The notes below the pieces were generated by a model. It did no database searches and was not told the DNA's origin. It saw only the letters and a list, made by a program, of their open reading frames with translations. A stretch of DNA of 64,000 nt from Candidatus Pacearchaeota archaeon (GTDB lineage Archaea; Nanobdellota; Nanobdellia; Pacearchaeales; GW2011-AR1): assembly GCA_018304145.1 (NCBI GenBank), contig JAGVWU010000001.1, forward strand, positions 144-64,143. Reading direction: 5' to 3'. This document shows, piece by piece, positions 17,720-27,861 of this stretch. The position numbers were made by a program, and so were the translations under genes. Numbering within the stretch: position 1 is the stretch's first letter; each line of letters opens with the position of its first letter.

Positions 17720-19768
17720 TCATTCAACCTTTGTAATACCATTCTCTTTCCTTATTCTTACAATATTGTCTACAAAGCTTTCTATTTTTTGTTCATGGCT
17801 TACTAAAATAAGCTGTTCTATATTTAATTGATTTAAAACATCCCTCATTTTATCCAGCTGCTGTTCTGAAAAACCATCTGTTGGCTCATCAAGAATAACA
17901 AGATTGGTTGTTTTTATGTTGCTGAGCATTGAATTTATTACCTGATTTAATGATAACCTATATGCAAGGGCAACTGAAGTTCTTTCTCCTCCTGAAAGAA
18001 AAGAATAATCCAATTCATAGTCCTGCTGTTCAATTACTGGAGAAAAATTATCATCTAACTTGGCTGAAAGAGAATCTGAAACAAGGATTGAAAACCATTT
18101 TGAAAACAGTTTAGAAAATTCCTCTTTAAGATTAAGCATTACCTGTTTTTCTGTAAAAAGGATTATGTCAAGGAATTTTTCCGAAATCCAGTATTCCAAT
18201 TCCCTTATTTTTTCTATTTTTTTCTTTAGCCCTTCCTTTTTTTCAATAGCCTGCTCTTTTTCTTTTATCTGCTGTTCTGAAAACTGAATTTCCTTATTTG
18301 TTTCTGCTTTTTTAATTGCAGACTCATTCTCTTTTTGTTTTGCTTCCCTTAATTCAGTATTTTTTTGTTCAAAAATAGAATCATATTTTGAATATTCAGT
18401 AATTGAAAAATCAATGGATTCTACATGGTTTTTCAGTAATTCCAAATCTTTTTCAAAGTATTTTTTTTGATTTTCCAAATCTTTCATCCTGTCTTCTTTT
18501 TCTTTTATTGTTTCTAATTTTATCCTCAAAAGTTCAAAATCTGATTTCTTTTTATTTAATTCTTCTTTATTATTTTTAATGGATTCTATATTCTGCAAAA
18601 GATACTTTTTCTTAAGATTAAAGGATTCTAAATTAATATCAATCACTTTCAAATCTTCATTAATTTTTGAAAGAATATTAGATTTATAATCAATCGGCAC
18701 ATCCTGAAGGCACGTTGGGCATTTTTTTAATGCAGATATTTTATTTTTCATATTCATCGTTTCCCTTTGTTTTGCATCCTCGGAATTAATCTGGCTTATT
18801 ATCTGAATGTATTCTTTTTGCAGGTTATCTTCCCTATTTTGTTCTTCTTTTATTTTTTTATTCAAAGAATCCAATTCCTCCTGCCTAAACATTATTTTCT
18901 TAGATTCTTCAATCTGAAGATTTAATGAATTAATGTTATTTTGAAGAGTCTTTGTTTGCTGTTTTTTTTCAGAAAAAAGCATCAAAGATTTGGATTTTTC
19001 ATTTTCAAGAACATTTTTTTGATTTATTTTTTCCTGAAGTATTTCCAAATCTTTCTCTTTTTCCACCCTTTTATGCACTAACTCTTCATGCTCCTGCTCT
19101 ACAATTTTCTTTTTTCTTTTTAATTCTAGTACAATTTCTTTTCTTTTGATTAAATCCTCTTTTAAGAAATCCAAGTCAAAAATCATTCCTTCGCTGGTTC
19201 TTATTTTTTCCCTTAATTTAGATGTTAATATAATAGAGTTCTCTACTATTCTTTTGTATTTATCTATTCCAAAAACATGCCTTAAGGTATTAAGCCTTAA
19301 TTCACCGGGTTCTAGAATAATCTGCTTCATTTCTTCCTGAGGAGTGTATACTGTAAATTTATATAACAGATTTGTTTTTTTGGAAAATTCTGAGGGATAG
19401 TTTAAAAGCTTCAGAACCCTGTTTTTAATTTCAGTCACGCTTTCTTCAAATTTTTCATTATCAATCATTATTGAAGCATAGTCCTGAGAAACTGTTTTTT
19501 TGACTCTTTTTAAGGTTCTTTCAATAATTATATTTTTATCATCTATCTCAAATTCCAAGATAACTTTTCCTTCATCATTTGCATTCCTCAATAGAGAAGT
19601 TCCTCTTTGGCCTGGCTGCAGGCCGAACAATGCAAATTCAATTGCTAGTAGAATAGTTGTTTTTCCAGAGCCTATATCTCCTGATAAAAGAGTCGAGCCT
19701 TTTGGAAAAACAACCTCCTGTTTTTCATAGCTTCTAAGATTTTCTATTGATATTTTTTTTATTATCAT
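17720..19768 (-). CDS. rad50: Rad50 DNA double-strand break repair ATPase
   Basis: Walker A LLSGDIGSGKTT, long coiled coil with a CPTC zinc hook, ABC signature LSGGERTSVALAYRL, Walker B LVILDEPTDGF and H-loop VSHE. Start placed at MIIKKISIENL. Confidence 0.85.
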   Translation of the reverse strand: MIIKKISIENLRSYEKQEVVFPKGSTLLSGDIGSGKTTILLAIEFALFGLQPGQRGTSLLRNANDEGKVILEFEIDDKNIIIERTLKRVKKTVSQDYASIMIDNEKFEESVTEIKNRVLKLLNYPSEFSKKTNLLYKFTVYTPQEEMKQIILEPGELRLNTLRHVFGIDKYKRIVENSIILTSKLREKIRTSEGMIFDLDFLKEDLIKRKEIVLELKRKKKIVEQEHEELVHKRVEKEKDLEILQEKINQKNVLENEKSKSLMLFSEKKQQTKTLQNNINSLNLQIEESKKIMFRQEELDSLNKKIKEEQNREDNLQKEYIQIISQINSEDAKQRETMNMKNKISALKKCPTCLQDVPIDYKSNILSKINEDLKVIDINLESFNLKKKYLLQNIESIKNNKEELNKKKSDFELLRIKLETIKEKEDRMKDLENQKKYFEKDLELLKNHVESIDFSITEYSKYDSIFEQKNTELREAKQKENESAIKKAETNKEIQFSEQQIKEKEQAIEKKEGLKKKIEKIRELEYWISEKFLDIILFTEKQVMLNLKEEFSKLFSKWFSILVSDSLSAKLDDNFSPVIEQQDYELDYSFLSGGERTSVALAYRLSLNQVINSMLSNIKTTNLVILDEPTDGFSEQQLDKMRDVLNQLNIEQLILVSHEQKIESFVDNIVRIRKENGITKVE

Positions 19769-20028
19769 ATTCGTATGGAAACCAAGGGTTTCACAAACAA
19801 AAAGCATTTATCTATCTTATTATTTAATTTGTAAATGCTTTTTGTTTCTAACAAGTCACCCTTCCTTTGAAGGTAACAAGTAATTTTCCTCATTATCATT
19901 TTATTTTTGTTAATGTTTATGCAGGACAGGTAAGGTAGTTGGAACATTAGTTTGTCTAGCTTTTTCATTTCACAACCCTCGATTACCCCTCTTCGCTTCT
20001 AAATTTATTGATTAATAATATTTTCATT

Positions 20029-21210
20029 TTACAACTCTATATTTAACACCTTATTTAATCCTGAAAATAATCTTGATTCAAAAACAGAGGAGTTTTCTCC
20101 CTCTTGTTTTTCTAAGCTCAAAGATTCAATCAATGGAAAAATTAATTTGTTTAAATTGGATGGGTTTTCTTTGTCATACTTTTTAACAAGAACATCTTCA
20201 ATTTTTTCCATTTCATAAGATTGAAGATTAACTTCAATTTCCTTTTTTCCTGCCTCAAGCTTGGAAGTGTTTTTTAAAAAGGAATATACCCCGTTTTTTT
20301 CAAGATAATCCTGAATTTCCTGGAATTTTATATCAGAGAGTTTTCCTTTTTTTAATTCTCCAAAAACTTTCAAAAGAACAATCCTATCTCTTAAATTCAG
20401 CCTTTTTAAGATTTCCAGGATTTGTTCTGTTCCTTTAAGAGCATCTTCCATCTCTACCTCTATCAGGTCCACTTCCTTTAATCTTATTTCTTTTCTTATA
20501 ATTTTAGTATAACCCTCTACATCTATTATGTAAAATGCCCCGTATTTTAGGTCTTCAAGCTCTTTAAAATTATTTGGAAAAGTCGGTCCTCCATACACAG
20601 CAGGTTTGTCATTGATTTCTTTTTCAAAATTAACATGAACATGTCCTAAGGCATAATAGTCTGCTTTTGGAAGTTCATTTAATGGAATTGAGTCAATTGG
20701 AATATTTTCAATTGCTTCTTTTATTGTTGTATGAAGCATTAGAATCCTAAAATAATTTGAATAAGGCTCTATTATCTCAATTTTCTTTAAAGAGCTCAAT
20801 TCCAATCCGGATTTTTTTCCAGGATAGCCGTAAATATAAAAAGATTTATGCATGATTGGTTTAAGAATAACTTTATCTTCATTTTCATCAAATTTGCAGA
20901 TTTCACAAAAACCTGATTTTTCCAAAACATCTAAGAAAGTTTTTCCTGAAACAGAATAATCATGGCTTCCTGCAATAATATAGGATTTTATCCCTGCTTC
21001 TTTTAATTTTCTGAATTCTGAGAAAGTATCCTTCAGGATTTCTATTGGGGGAAAGGGGCTGTCAAATAAATCTCCTGTGAAAAGAACAAATTCCACTTTT
21101 TCCTCAATACAGCATTCAATTGCTTTTTTAAAGGATTCTATGTTTAACAATTGCATTTCTGGCTGTCTCCAGCCTCCCAAATGGCTATCAGATATATGTG
21201 CAAATTTCAT
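20029..21210 (-). CDS. mre11: Mre11 nuclease
   Basis: Phosphoesterase motifs FAHISDSHLG, GDLFD, GSHD and GHVHV. Lies upstream of and co-oriented with rad50. Confidence 0.85.
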   Translation of the reverse strand: MKFAHISDSHLGGWRQPEMQLLNIESFKKAIECCIEEKVEFVLFTGDLFDSPFPPIEILKDTFSEFRKLKEAGIKSYIIAGSHDYSVSGKTFLDVLEKSGFCEICKFDENEDKVILKPIMHKSFYIYGYPGKKSGLELSSLKKIEIIEPYSNYFRILMLHTTIKEAIENIPIDSIPLNELPKADYYALGHVHVNFEKEINDKPAVYGGPTFPNNFKELEDLKYGAFYIIDVEGYTKIIRKEIRLKEVDLIEVEMEDALKGTEQILEILKRLNLRDRIVLLKVFGELKKGKLSDIKFQEIQDYLEKNGVYSFLKNTSKLEAGKKEIEVNLQSYEMEKIEDVLVKKYDKENPSNLNKLIFPLIESLSLEKQEGENSSVFESRLFSGLNKVLNIEL

Positions 21211-21278
21211 GTTCTTTTTACCTGAAAAACGTTATTTCAAGGATATATAAGAATGATTATAATAAGGAATATAATGGT

Positions 21279-21821
21279 TTATAGAAAGAATTCGTAAACA
21301 AACAGTTTCTCAAAGAACAGGTTTGTTTGATTTAAGAGTTTTATTTTATAGCCAAATTTTTTGGCTTGTTTTCTTATTATATCTGGTTTTGATAATGATG
21401 AAATTAACAAAAGGATTTTTCCATTTTTTTCTAGATGAGACTTTGCTTGTTTTAAGGACATGACAATAATCTCATAACCTTTTTTTCCTGCTGTTGTATC
21501 TTTTTCCTTATCATATTTGTTTTCAGGAAGATAAGGGGGATTGAAAATAATTAAATTAAATTTTTGTTTTTTATTGATATTTGAGAATAAATCACTTTTT
21601 ATTGCATTAAATCCCTTGAATTTTAGAAATTTGACTGCCTCGGCTGTAATATCTGCTGTTAAAATATTATTAAAACCTGATTCTCTGCAGGTTTTGGCTT
21701 GTATTCCAGAGCCAGAACCCATATCTAATATTTTAATATTTTTATATTTTATTTTTGATAGATATTTATTTAATGTTTCTGACATTAAATAAGAGTCTTC
21801 TGCTGGCTGGTAGATTTGCAT
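21279..21821 (-). CDS. HemK/Mtq2-like N5-glutamine (NPPY-class) methyltransferase
   Basis: SAM motif I ILDMGSGSGI and motif IV IIFNPPYL. 180 aa, typical of the archaeal Mtq2 / PrmC family. Confidence 0.65.
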   Translation of the reverse strand: MQIYQPAEDSYLMSETLNKYLSKIKYKNIKILDMGSGSGIQAKTCRESGFNNILTADITAEAVKFLKFKGFNAIKSDLFSNINKKQKFNLIIFNPPYLPENKYDKEKDTTAGKKGYEIIVMSLKQAKSHLEKNGKILLLISSLSKPDIIRKQAKKFGYKIKLLNQTNLFFEKLFVYEFFL

Positions 21822-21976
21822 TCTATTATGAAATAAAGAAGATTTTAATAGTTAATGATGATAGATTATTAAATTAATTATTTGGTTATGGCTTCTGTTG
21901 TTTTTTAATGAAAATGTTTCTTTCTTATTATTAACTCTTTCTTACCCCTTCTTGTCCTACCATAAATTAATAAATA

Positions 21977-22627
21977 TTAAGAGAAAAAAGCAAGTATCTT
22001 ATTCCTTAAAAGGATAGTGGATATTAAAACTCCTATAAGAAATAATAAGATTATTAATAAAATAATTTCTTTTTTATAATTTGATTTTTCAGGAGCTTCT
22101 TGAGCAATCTGAGGTTGAGATTGAGTTTGCAAGAGTGGTTGATGGGTTGGCTGAGGATATCTTGGAATTTGCATAGGTGTTTGTTTAGGTTGTTGAGAAA
22201 TTAAAGGAGGCTTCATTTGAATTTTAGGTGCAGAATTTGAAGAAATTTCTGACTTTATTTCACTATTAGTCGGAGTTCTTTGGGGCAATTGCTGAACAGA
22301 AGGATATCTAGGATTTAAATAAGAAAATTGCTGAATCTGCTGCAATTGACTTTGAGCAGGCAATTTTGGAGGGATGGGCATTCCTGAAATCATTGGTTGT
22401 GCAACTGGTGGACCAGGATTATTTTTTATTAATATATTTTTTTCTTCAGGCATAATTAGAAGATTTTTGTTGTTTGGAGACATTGGAACAAAACCAACAA
22501 ATTTTGAAGCATCTTGAACTTCATTTACAGGATATCCTGAATTAATCAGCACTCTCATTGCAGTTTCTAAACTCTCCCCCCTGTCAACAGCATTTCTTAA
22601 AGAAGTAACAATGTCTTCGTTTACCAT
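21977..22627 (-). CDS. Pro/Gln-rich protein with C-terminal TM anchor
   Basis: Folded N-terminal ~45 aa, then a long P/Q-rich low-complexity region, then a C-terminal hydrophobic helix (IILLIILLFLIGVLISTILL). Confidence 0.35.
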   Translation of the reverse strand: MVNEDIVTSLRNAVDRGESLETAMRVLINSGYPVNEVQDASKFVGFVPMSPNNKNLLIMPEEKNILIKNNPGPPVAQPMISGMPIPPKLPAQSQLQQIQQFSYLNPRYPSVQQLPQRTPTNSEIKSEISSNSAPKIQMKPPLISQQPKQTPMQIPRYPQPTHQPLLQTQSQPQIAQEAPEKSNYKKEIILLIILLFLIGVLISTILLRNKILAFFS

Positions 22628-22822
22628 TTTTAGTTAGTATATAAATAATACATAAGTTTTTATCCAAGTGAATTTGCAGATGATAAATTCATCGGTTATT
22701 TTATTATTAATTTATTAGGTGTAGCAAGAGCTTGATTCCTAAGCATTTTTTCAGTTTCGTTGATTTTATCATTAATTTCTCTCTTAACTTATACATTATT
22801 AAATTTGTTTTATTTATATTAA

Positions 22823-24163
22823 TTATTTGAATTCTAATTTTTGCTTATCGTGAATCAGATGAACATTTTTTTTATCTTTATAACCAAGCTCTTCTGCAAG
22901 CTCAACCATAGGAGCTGTTTTGTCATGACTTCCGTGAGCAGGCATTATATGTTCAGGGTTAATCAAGTTTATAAAATCTCTCAAGTCTTCTCTTCCAGCA
23001 TGCCCAGAAACATGGAGATTTGTGAATAATCTTACACCTCTCTTTTTTAATTTAGAATCTAATTTTTCCCTGTTTTCAATATTTATTTTTGTTGGTATAA
23101 CTGATGAAGAAAATATTACATGATCTCTTTCTCTGAACTGGAATGGAAGCTTGTTTTTAATTAATCTGTCCAAAATACTTCCAGGCTCTCCCTGATGCCC
23201 TGTGCACACAACCAGATGTTCGGCTCTCTGACTATTAATATGCCTTAGTTTTTTTTCAACTTGTTTCCTGTAAGCAACCAGCTCTATTTCTTTTCTAAAA
23301 GGGCACAAGTCAATTCCTGAAGCAGCACCCACATATCTATTCAGACTTCTACCAACAAAAACAACTTTCCTGTTTAATTGTTTTCCAAAATCAGTTATGG
23401 ATTTTAATCTTGCTATGTGTGAAGAGAAAGTTGTTACAAATAATCCTACATTTTTATTATCTGTTGTTAAAAGAACATCTTCCAAAAGAGTCCTTGCAAC
23501 TTTTTCACTTGCTGTTTTTCTTTCATCTCCAGAATACAAAGAATCAACAATAAGAACTTTGACTCCTTCTTTTGCAATCTCCCTTAATTTTTCATAATTT
23601 GGTTTTTGCCCCAAAATAGGATTATTGTCAAATTTAAAATCATTGGCATAAAGAACAACACCTTCATCAGTATGAAGAGCAAGCATAGATGTCTGCAAAG
23701 TCGAATGCGTGATATTAATAAAATCAAGTTTGTATTTTTTATTTTTTCCCTGTATATAACAGAAAGAATTAGGCTGTATAGTTTTTAGTTTATTATCAAG
23801 ATGATGCATTTTTTCATCATGCAAAAGAGTTTTTAAAACTTCAATTGTAAAAGGAGTTCCTATAATAGGACAATTATATCTGTGAGCCAAAAATGGAATT
23901 GCTCCAATATGGTCCAAATGTGCATGGCTTGGAATAATAGCACGAACTTTATTTCTTAATCCCAATCCGTCCAGCATATCATCAGACGGCACTGCTCCTA
24001 TTGCCCTTAGTCTTTTTTCTGTATAAACATTTTCAGACTCTTCTAATTCAACAATCGGGGGGAGGAACAAACCACAGTCAAAAAGAAAAACATCATCCTT
24101 TAATTCAACTGCAGTCATGTTTTTTCCAACTTCGCTAAAACCACCAATTCCGTAAATTTTCAT
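22823..24163 (-). CDS. RNase J-like metallo-beta-lactamase / beta-CASP ribonuclease
   Basis: IIPSHAHLDHIGAIPFL motif, N-terminal MKIYGIGG...FDCG. 446 aa, typical of archaeal RNase J / aCPSF2. Confidence 0.7.
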   Translation of the reverse strand: MKIYGIGGFSEVGKNMTAVELKDDVFLFDCGLFLPPIVELEESENVYTEKRLRAIGAVPSDDMLDGLGLRNKVRAIIPSHAHLDHIGAIPFLAHRYNCPIIGTPFTIEVLKTLLHDEKMHHLDNKLKTIQPNSFCYIQGKNKKYKLDFINITHSTLQTSMLALHTDEGVVLYANDFKFDNNPILGQKPNYEKLREIAKEGVKVLIVDSLYSGDERKTASEKVARTLLEDVLLTTDNKNVGLFVTTFSSHIARLKSITDFGKQLNRKVVFVGRSLNRYVGAASGIDLCPFRKEIELVAYRKQVEKKLRHINSQRAEHLVVCTGHQGEPGSILDRLIKNKLPFQFRERDHVIFSSSVIPTKINIENREKLDSKLKKRGVRLFTNLHVSGHAGREDLRDFINLINPEHIMPAHGSHDKTAPMVELAEELGYKDKKNVHLIHDKQKLEFK

Positions 24164-24306
24164 CTTAATTTTTTATTGATTTAATAATATTATGCAGGTT
24201 ATGAAGAGTGAAGTAAGTTAAATTTTATACTACTATAACCGTATAATATTATTTTTGATATTGCAATCCTCTTTTTATGGATATATTAATTACAGAAAGA
24301 ATGAAT

Positions 24307-25221
24307 TTAAATAGGTTTTGGATTGAAATCTTTTTTAAATTGTATTTTCCAAAATTTGTTTTTTGTGTCTATAATACAAGTTTCTCCAAGTGGAATTGTC
24401 AGATTAGGTTCTGAATGGCCAATTGGTTGATTCATAATAACCGGGCATTTAAAGTCTTGAAAAAAGTCTTTTAGGTAATTATTTATATTCTTGCCACAAT
24501 CTACAAAATTACCAAGAATAATCCCCTTAACATTATTAAACTTTCCTGCTAATTTAAGATGCCATAAAATATCCAATACCCAACCTTCTTTCATTTTTAC
24601 ATCTTCTATAAATAATATTTTATTATTTGTGTTAATTTCGTAATTTGTTCCTAATGACCTTTCGAGCAAGGTTAAATTTCCTCCAGCAATGTCTGCTCTT
24701 GCAAAGCCTTGTTTTAAAATATCTTGATTGTTTATAGCTATTTGATAATTCTTTTTATTAATAGCATCAAATAAACAAAGAATGGTTTTTTCATGATATT
24801 TTTTTATAGGTTTCCATAGATTTGGCCCATGCAAACATCTTTTTCCGGTTTTTTGATAGATAGTATTTAATAGAATAGTAATGTCACTATAACCTATTAA
24901 GGTTTTATTTGATTTTTTTATTAAATCATAATCTAAAAAAAGAAGTGTATGAACTGCACCCATTCCACCGATTATACTAAAAATAAACTTAGAATTTTTA
25001 TCATTGTATGCTAAATTAATTTCTTTAGCTCTTCGTTTATAATCTCCGGCATAATAATGATATTTATCAATAATGTCGGGAAGATAATTGACTTCAAAAT
25101 TCCAGTTTTTTAATATTTTTATTGCATTATTTAAAAGTTTTTTTCCACTATAACCTGAAGGAGAAATTAGAAAAGCATATCTTTTTTGATTAGAGATTTT
25201 ATTTTTATTTGAAACTGCCAT
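24307..25221 (-). CDS. LD-carboxypeptidase (peptidase S66, MccF/LdcA-like)
   Basis: GYSDITILLN matches the S66 catalytic Ser motif GYSDxTAL. Start placed at internal MAVSNKN so that it abuts the upstream ATP-grasp gene. Confidence 0.55.
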   Translation of the reverse strand: MAVSNKNKISNQKRYAFLISPSGYSGKKLLNNAIKILKNWNFEVNYLPDIIDKYHYYAGDYKRRAKEINLAYNDKNSKFIFSIIGGMGAVHTLLFLDYDLIKKSNKTLIGYSDITILLNTIYQKTGKRCLHGPNLWKPIKKYHEKTILCLFDAINKKNYQIAINNQDILKQGFARADIAGGNLTLLERSLGTNYEINTNNKILFIEDVKMKEGWVLDILWHLKLAGKFNNVKGIILGNFVDCGKNINNYLKDFFQDFKCPVIMNQPIGHSEPNLTIPLGETCIIDTKNKFWKIQFKKDFNPKPI

Positions 25222-25222
25222 T

Positions 25223-26140
25223 TTATGAACTGAATTTTCTTTCAACAGCTTGAACAATTGGGTCTGATAGATTATATGAATCAGTTTCATTTGCAGTTGT
25301 TGGCGGAGCAACACCTGTTCCAGAGCCATTTATTTCCAAAACATATTGTCCTCTGAAATCAACAGCCCCATAAAACATTCCTGTTTTTTCAATTACTTTT
25401 CTAGCAATTTCAATTTCTCTTGGTATGCCTTCCATTAAGTCAACGTTAGTGCATCTTTCTCTTCCAGGTTCCCCTTGTTTGAACATCCTTCTCCTTATTA
25501 TGCATTGACCATCTAAAAAAATATATCTTCTTTCTTCATTTGCTGGAATGTATTGTTCAAAAAGATATTCATCGATATCTTCAATTTTTTGCAAATCCTC
25601 AATTCTCTCTAAAAATTCAACACCCATGCTACATGCACCTATTCTTGGTTTTGCAATTATTCTTTCACCAGAAGCAACTAAATCTGAGAGTTCCTTTGGA
25701 GTTTTAATATCAAATCCATGTATCCATGGAAGTTCCAAAGTTTTTTGTTTTGGTTTATATTCATATGAAGTGCTTTCTGCTCTATTAAGAACAAGAGAAA
25801 ATTGTTTTTCCATTTGAAAAAGAAGGTCTATGAATCTTTTTGAAGCACTTGCTCCTTGTTCTTCATCTAAGCTGTACACAAAAAAAACATCACCTGATAA
25901 AGTTGCATCAGTTCTTTTTTTATAAAAACTACCATTACTAAATCCATAAGCACTTCTTGCATATAATCTGCCTAATTTATCATAGCAAATGTTTCTTGGA
26001 TGAACCACCTCTAAATCATGACCTCTTTTAACAAAAGCGTCAGCTAAAAATCTAGAACCCATATAACCCATTCCCTGCCCTTTTGCATTTGGGTCAAATT
26101 GGGTTTTAGCTTCTTCACTTAAACTGAGAGTAATCTTCAT
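25223..26140 (-). CDS. ATP-grasp ligase (GshB-like)
   Basis: IIAKPRIGACSMG, EQYIP...RYIFLDGQ and AVDFRGQYVLEINGSGTG follow the order of the ATP-grasp ATP-binding, central and C-terminal motifs, as in prokaryotic glutathione-synthetase-like enzymes. Confidence 0.6.
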   Translation of the reverse strand: MKITLSLSEEAKTQFDPNAKGQGMGYMGSRFLADAFVKRGHDLEVVHPRNICYDKLGRLYARSAYGFSNGSFYKKRTDATLSGDVFFVYSLDEEQGASASKRFIDLLFQMEKQFSLVLNRAESTSYEYKPKQKTLELPWIHGFDIKTPKELSDLVASGERIIAKPRIGACSMGVEFLERIEDLQKIEDIDEYLFEQYIPANEERRYIFLDGQCIIRRRMFKQGEPGRERCTNVDLMEGIPREIEIARKVIEKTGMFYGAVDFRGQYVLEINGSGTGVAPPTTANETDSYNLSDPIVQAVERKFSS

Positions 26141-26160
26141 TTTGTTAAATTTTAATTAAT

Positions 26161-27120
26161 TTAATACCAGAATATATTTTTTATAACCTTGTTAAATAAA
26201 ACCATGCCAGATTCTGCAAAATTCACCTCAGATTTAGATTTATTTAATATAGCAGAAATTATCATTTGCATCCTTTCAATATCATCTAAGCTGTCTACGA
26301 AATAACCTGCAGTAGGATTAACCTCTATAACATAAGGTCCTTTTTTAGTCATTATCACATCTGACTCGCTAAAAGACGCTCCAATAGCCTTGTTTGCTTG
26401 AATAGCAATTTCTCTTTCTGACTTATTTGCAGTATAATTCATTTCAATAGAACCGCCAGATGTTGATGCCATCCATTTATCCTTGGAATTTCTTGAAATA
26501 AAACTTCTTGCGTAAGAATATAGAAAATTACCCTCTACAACAGCCACCCTGCAATCATGTTCTCTGTTGGATTGAATAAATTTTTGTATTATAAAACCAG
26601 ATTTATAGCTTTGTTTTTTTGCTAAATCAAACATCTTATCCAAAGTATCTATTAATTCTTTTAATGAATAAACTTTGGTTACTTCATAACTTTTTCCACC
26701 GCAATTCCTCTTAACTACCAATGGAAATCCAAATTCTTTTATTGCTTTTTCTGAATTCTTTTTAATATCTCTTCTTGAACAAACAAAAATAGTTGGAGGG
26801 GTATTTATCCCATTTAATTTTAATTTCTTATATAATTTATATTTATTATAGTCTGCTAAAGATGCAGTGTAAGAATTAACACATCTTATCCCTTTTTTTT
26901 CAAGACTTTTTATTAATTTTAAAGTTTTGGATAGGGATTTAAAATCTCTTGAAGCAACACTGCTGTAAACCCTATTAAAAACTAAGTCAAAAGACAACAA
27001 GTCTTTTTCTGAAACATCTCTTATGTCAAAAAAACTGACAAAAGCTCCTTGTTCTTCAAATAATTCCTTGAATTTTGGTTCAGGAGCTTCTAGATCGTGA
27101 TGCAGTATTGCTATTTTCAT
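26161..27120 (-). CDS. ATP-grasp ligase (RimK-like)
   Basis: GFPLVVKRNCGGKSYEV, IIQKFIQ...DCRVAVVEG and VIEVNPTAGY are typical of RimK-type ATP-grasp ligases. Separated by only 20 bp from the preceding ATP-grasp gene. Confidence 0.65.
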   Translation of the reverse strand: MKIAILHHDLEAPEPKFKELFEEQGAFVSFFDIRDVSEKDLLSFDLVFNRVYSSVASRDFKSLSKTLKLIKSLEKKGIRCVNSYTASLADYNKYKLYKKLKLNGINTPPTIFVCSRRDIKKNSEKAIKEFGFPLVVKRNCGGKSYEVTKVYSLKELIDTLDKMFDLAKKQSYKSGFIIQKFIQSNREHDCRVAVVEGNFLYSYARSFISRNSKDKWMASTSGGSIEMNYTANKSEREIAIQANKAIGASFSESDVIMTKKGPYVIEVNPTAGYFVDSLDDIERMQMIISAILNKSKSEVNFAESGMVLFNKVIKNIFWY

Positions 27121-27395
27121 TTATTCATAAATACATTCCCCTCCTTTATCTGAAAATCATAAGGATTTTCAGTCTCTTTTAAAGGTTTAATTTTGGAAAA
27201 AACAAGTATCTATATTTAAATCTTTCGCAACTATTTTATAGTTATGATAACTTATATTTTAATCAGATTTTATTTTTAGATAATTCTTGATTTTATTTTT
27301 ATAGAACATTAACCCTTTAAAAATGTTTTTATAGCGGATTTTCGTAATTAAGCTATGAAAAAAGCTCTCTGTCAAAAAGAGACTTTGGAGAGAAA

Positions 27396-27719
27396 ATGAA
27401 AAAAAGAGATGATAAAATTAGAATAAGCCATAACAAAAAATTATTGGTGGTTATAATAATACTTATTTTTTTACTTGCTTTATTAATTTATTTTATTTTG
27501 AAAAACAGTAATCAAAATAATATTCCTGTTGAAAAAGAATGTGTTAATGATGAAGATTGTTTTGCTTCAGCATGCTGTCATGCTGAATTCTGTGTTGCAA
27601 AAGATAAAGCACCGATATGCGATAAAATATTCTGTTCGCAGGTTTGTTCAGGGCCTTTAGATTGTAATAAAGGACATTGCGGATGTGTTAATGGCAGATG
27701 TTCAGTGATTAAAAATTAA
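27396..27719 (+). CDS. Cys-rich small membrane-anchored protein
   Basis: N-terminal TM anchor followed by a ~60-aa domain with 14 Cys (CVNDEDCFASACCHAEFC...CGCVNGRC). Transcribed divergently from the ATP-grasp operon. Confidence 0.45.
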   Translation: MKKRDDKIRISHNKKLLVVIIILIFLLALLIYFILKNSNQNNIPVEKECVNDEDCFASACCHAEFCVAKDKAPICDKIFCSQVCSGPLDCNKGHCGCVNGRCSVIKN

Positions 27720-27861
27720 ATTTTATTAATAGATAATATTAAGAATAAATTAAAAGTAGATAATAAATAAACATTGGTAATGCAAATGAAAGACAAATCC
27801 ATTGCATATATACAAAATTTTAAGATATTAGAATTAATAATATAAGCTAGATAAAAAAGAG

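Noticed and set aside
17720-21210. Expected herA/nurA partners of the archaeal mre11-rad50 operon
   Set aside because: No HerA (FtsK-like ATPase) or NurA genes are present adjacent to mre11-rad50 in this window. Flanking genes are a methyltransferase and the orphan 262-aa gene. This is noted as an absence only.
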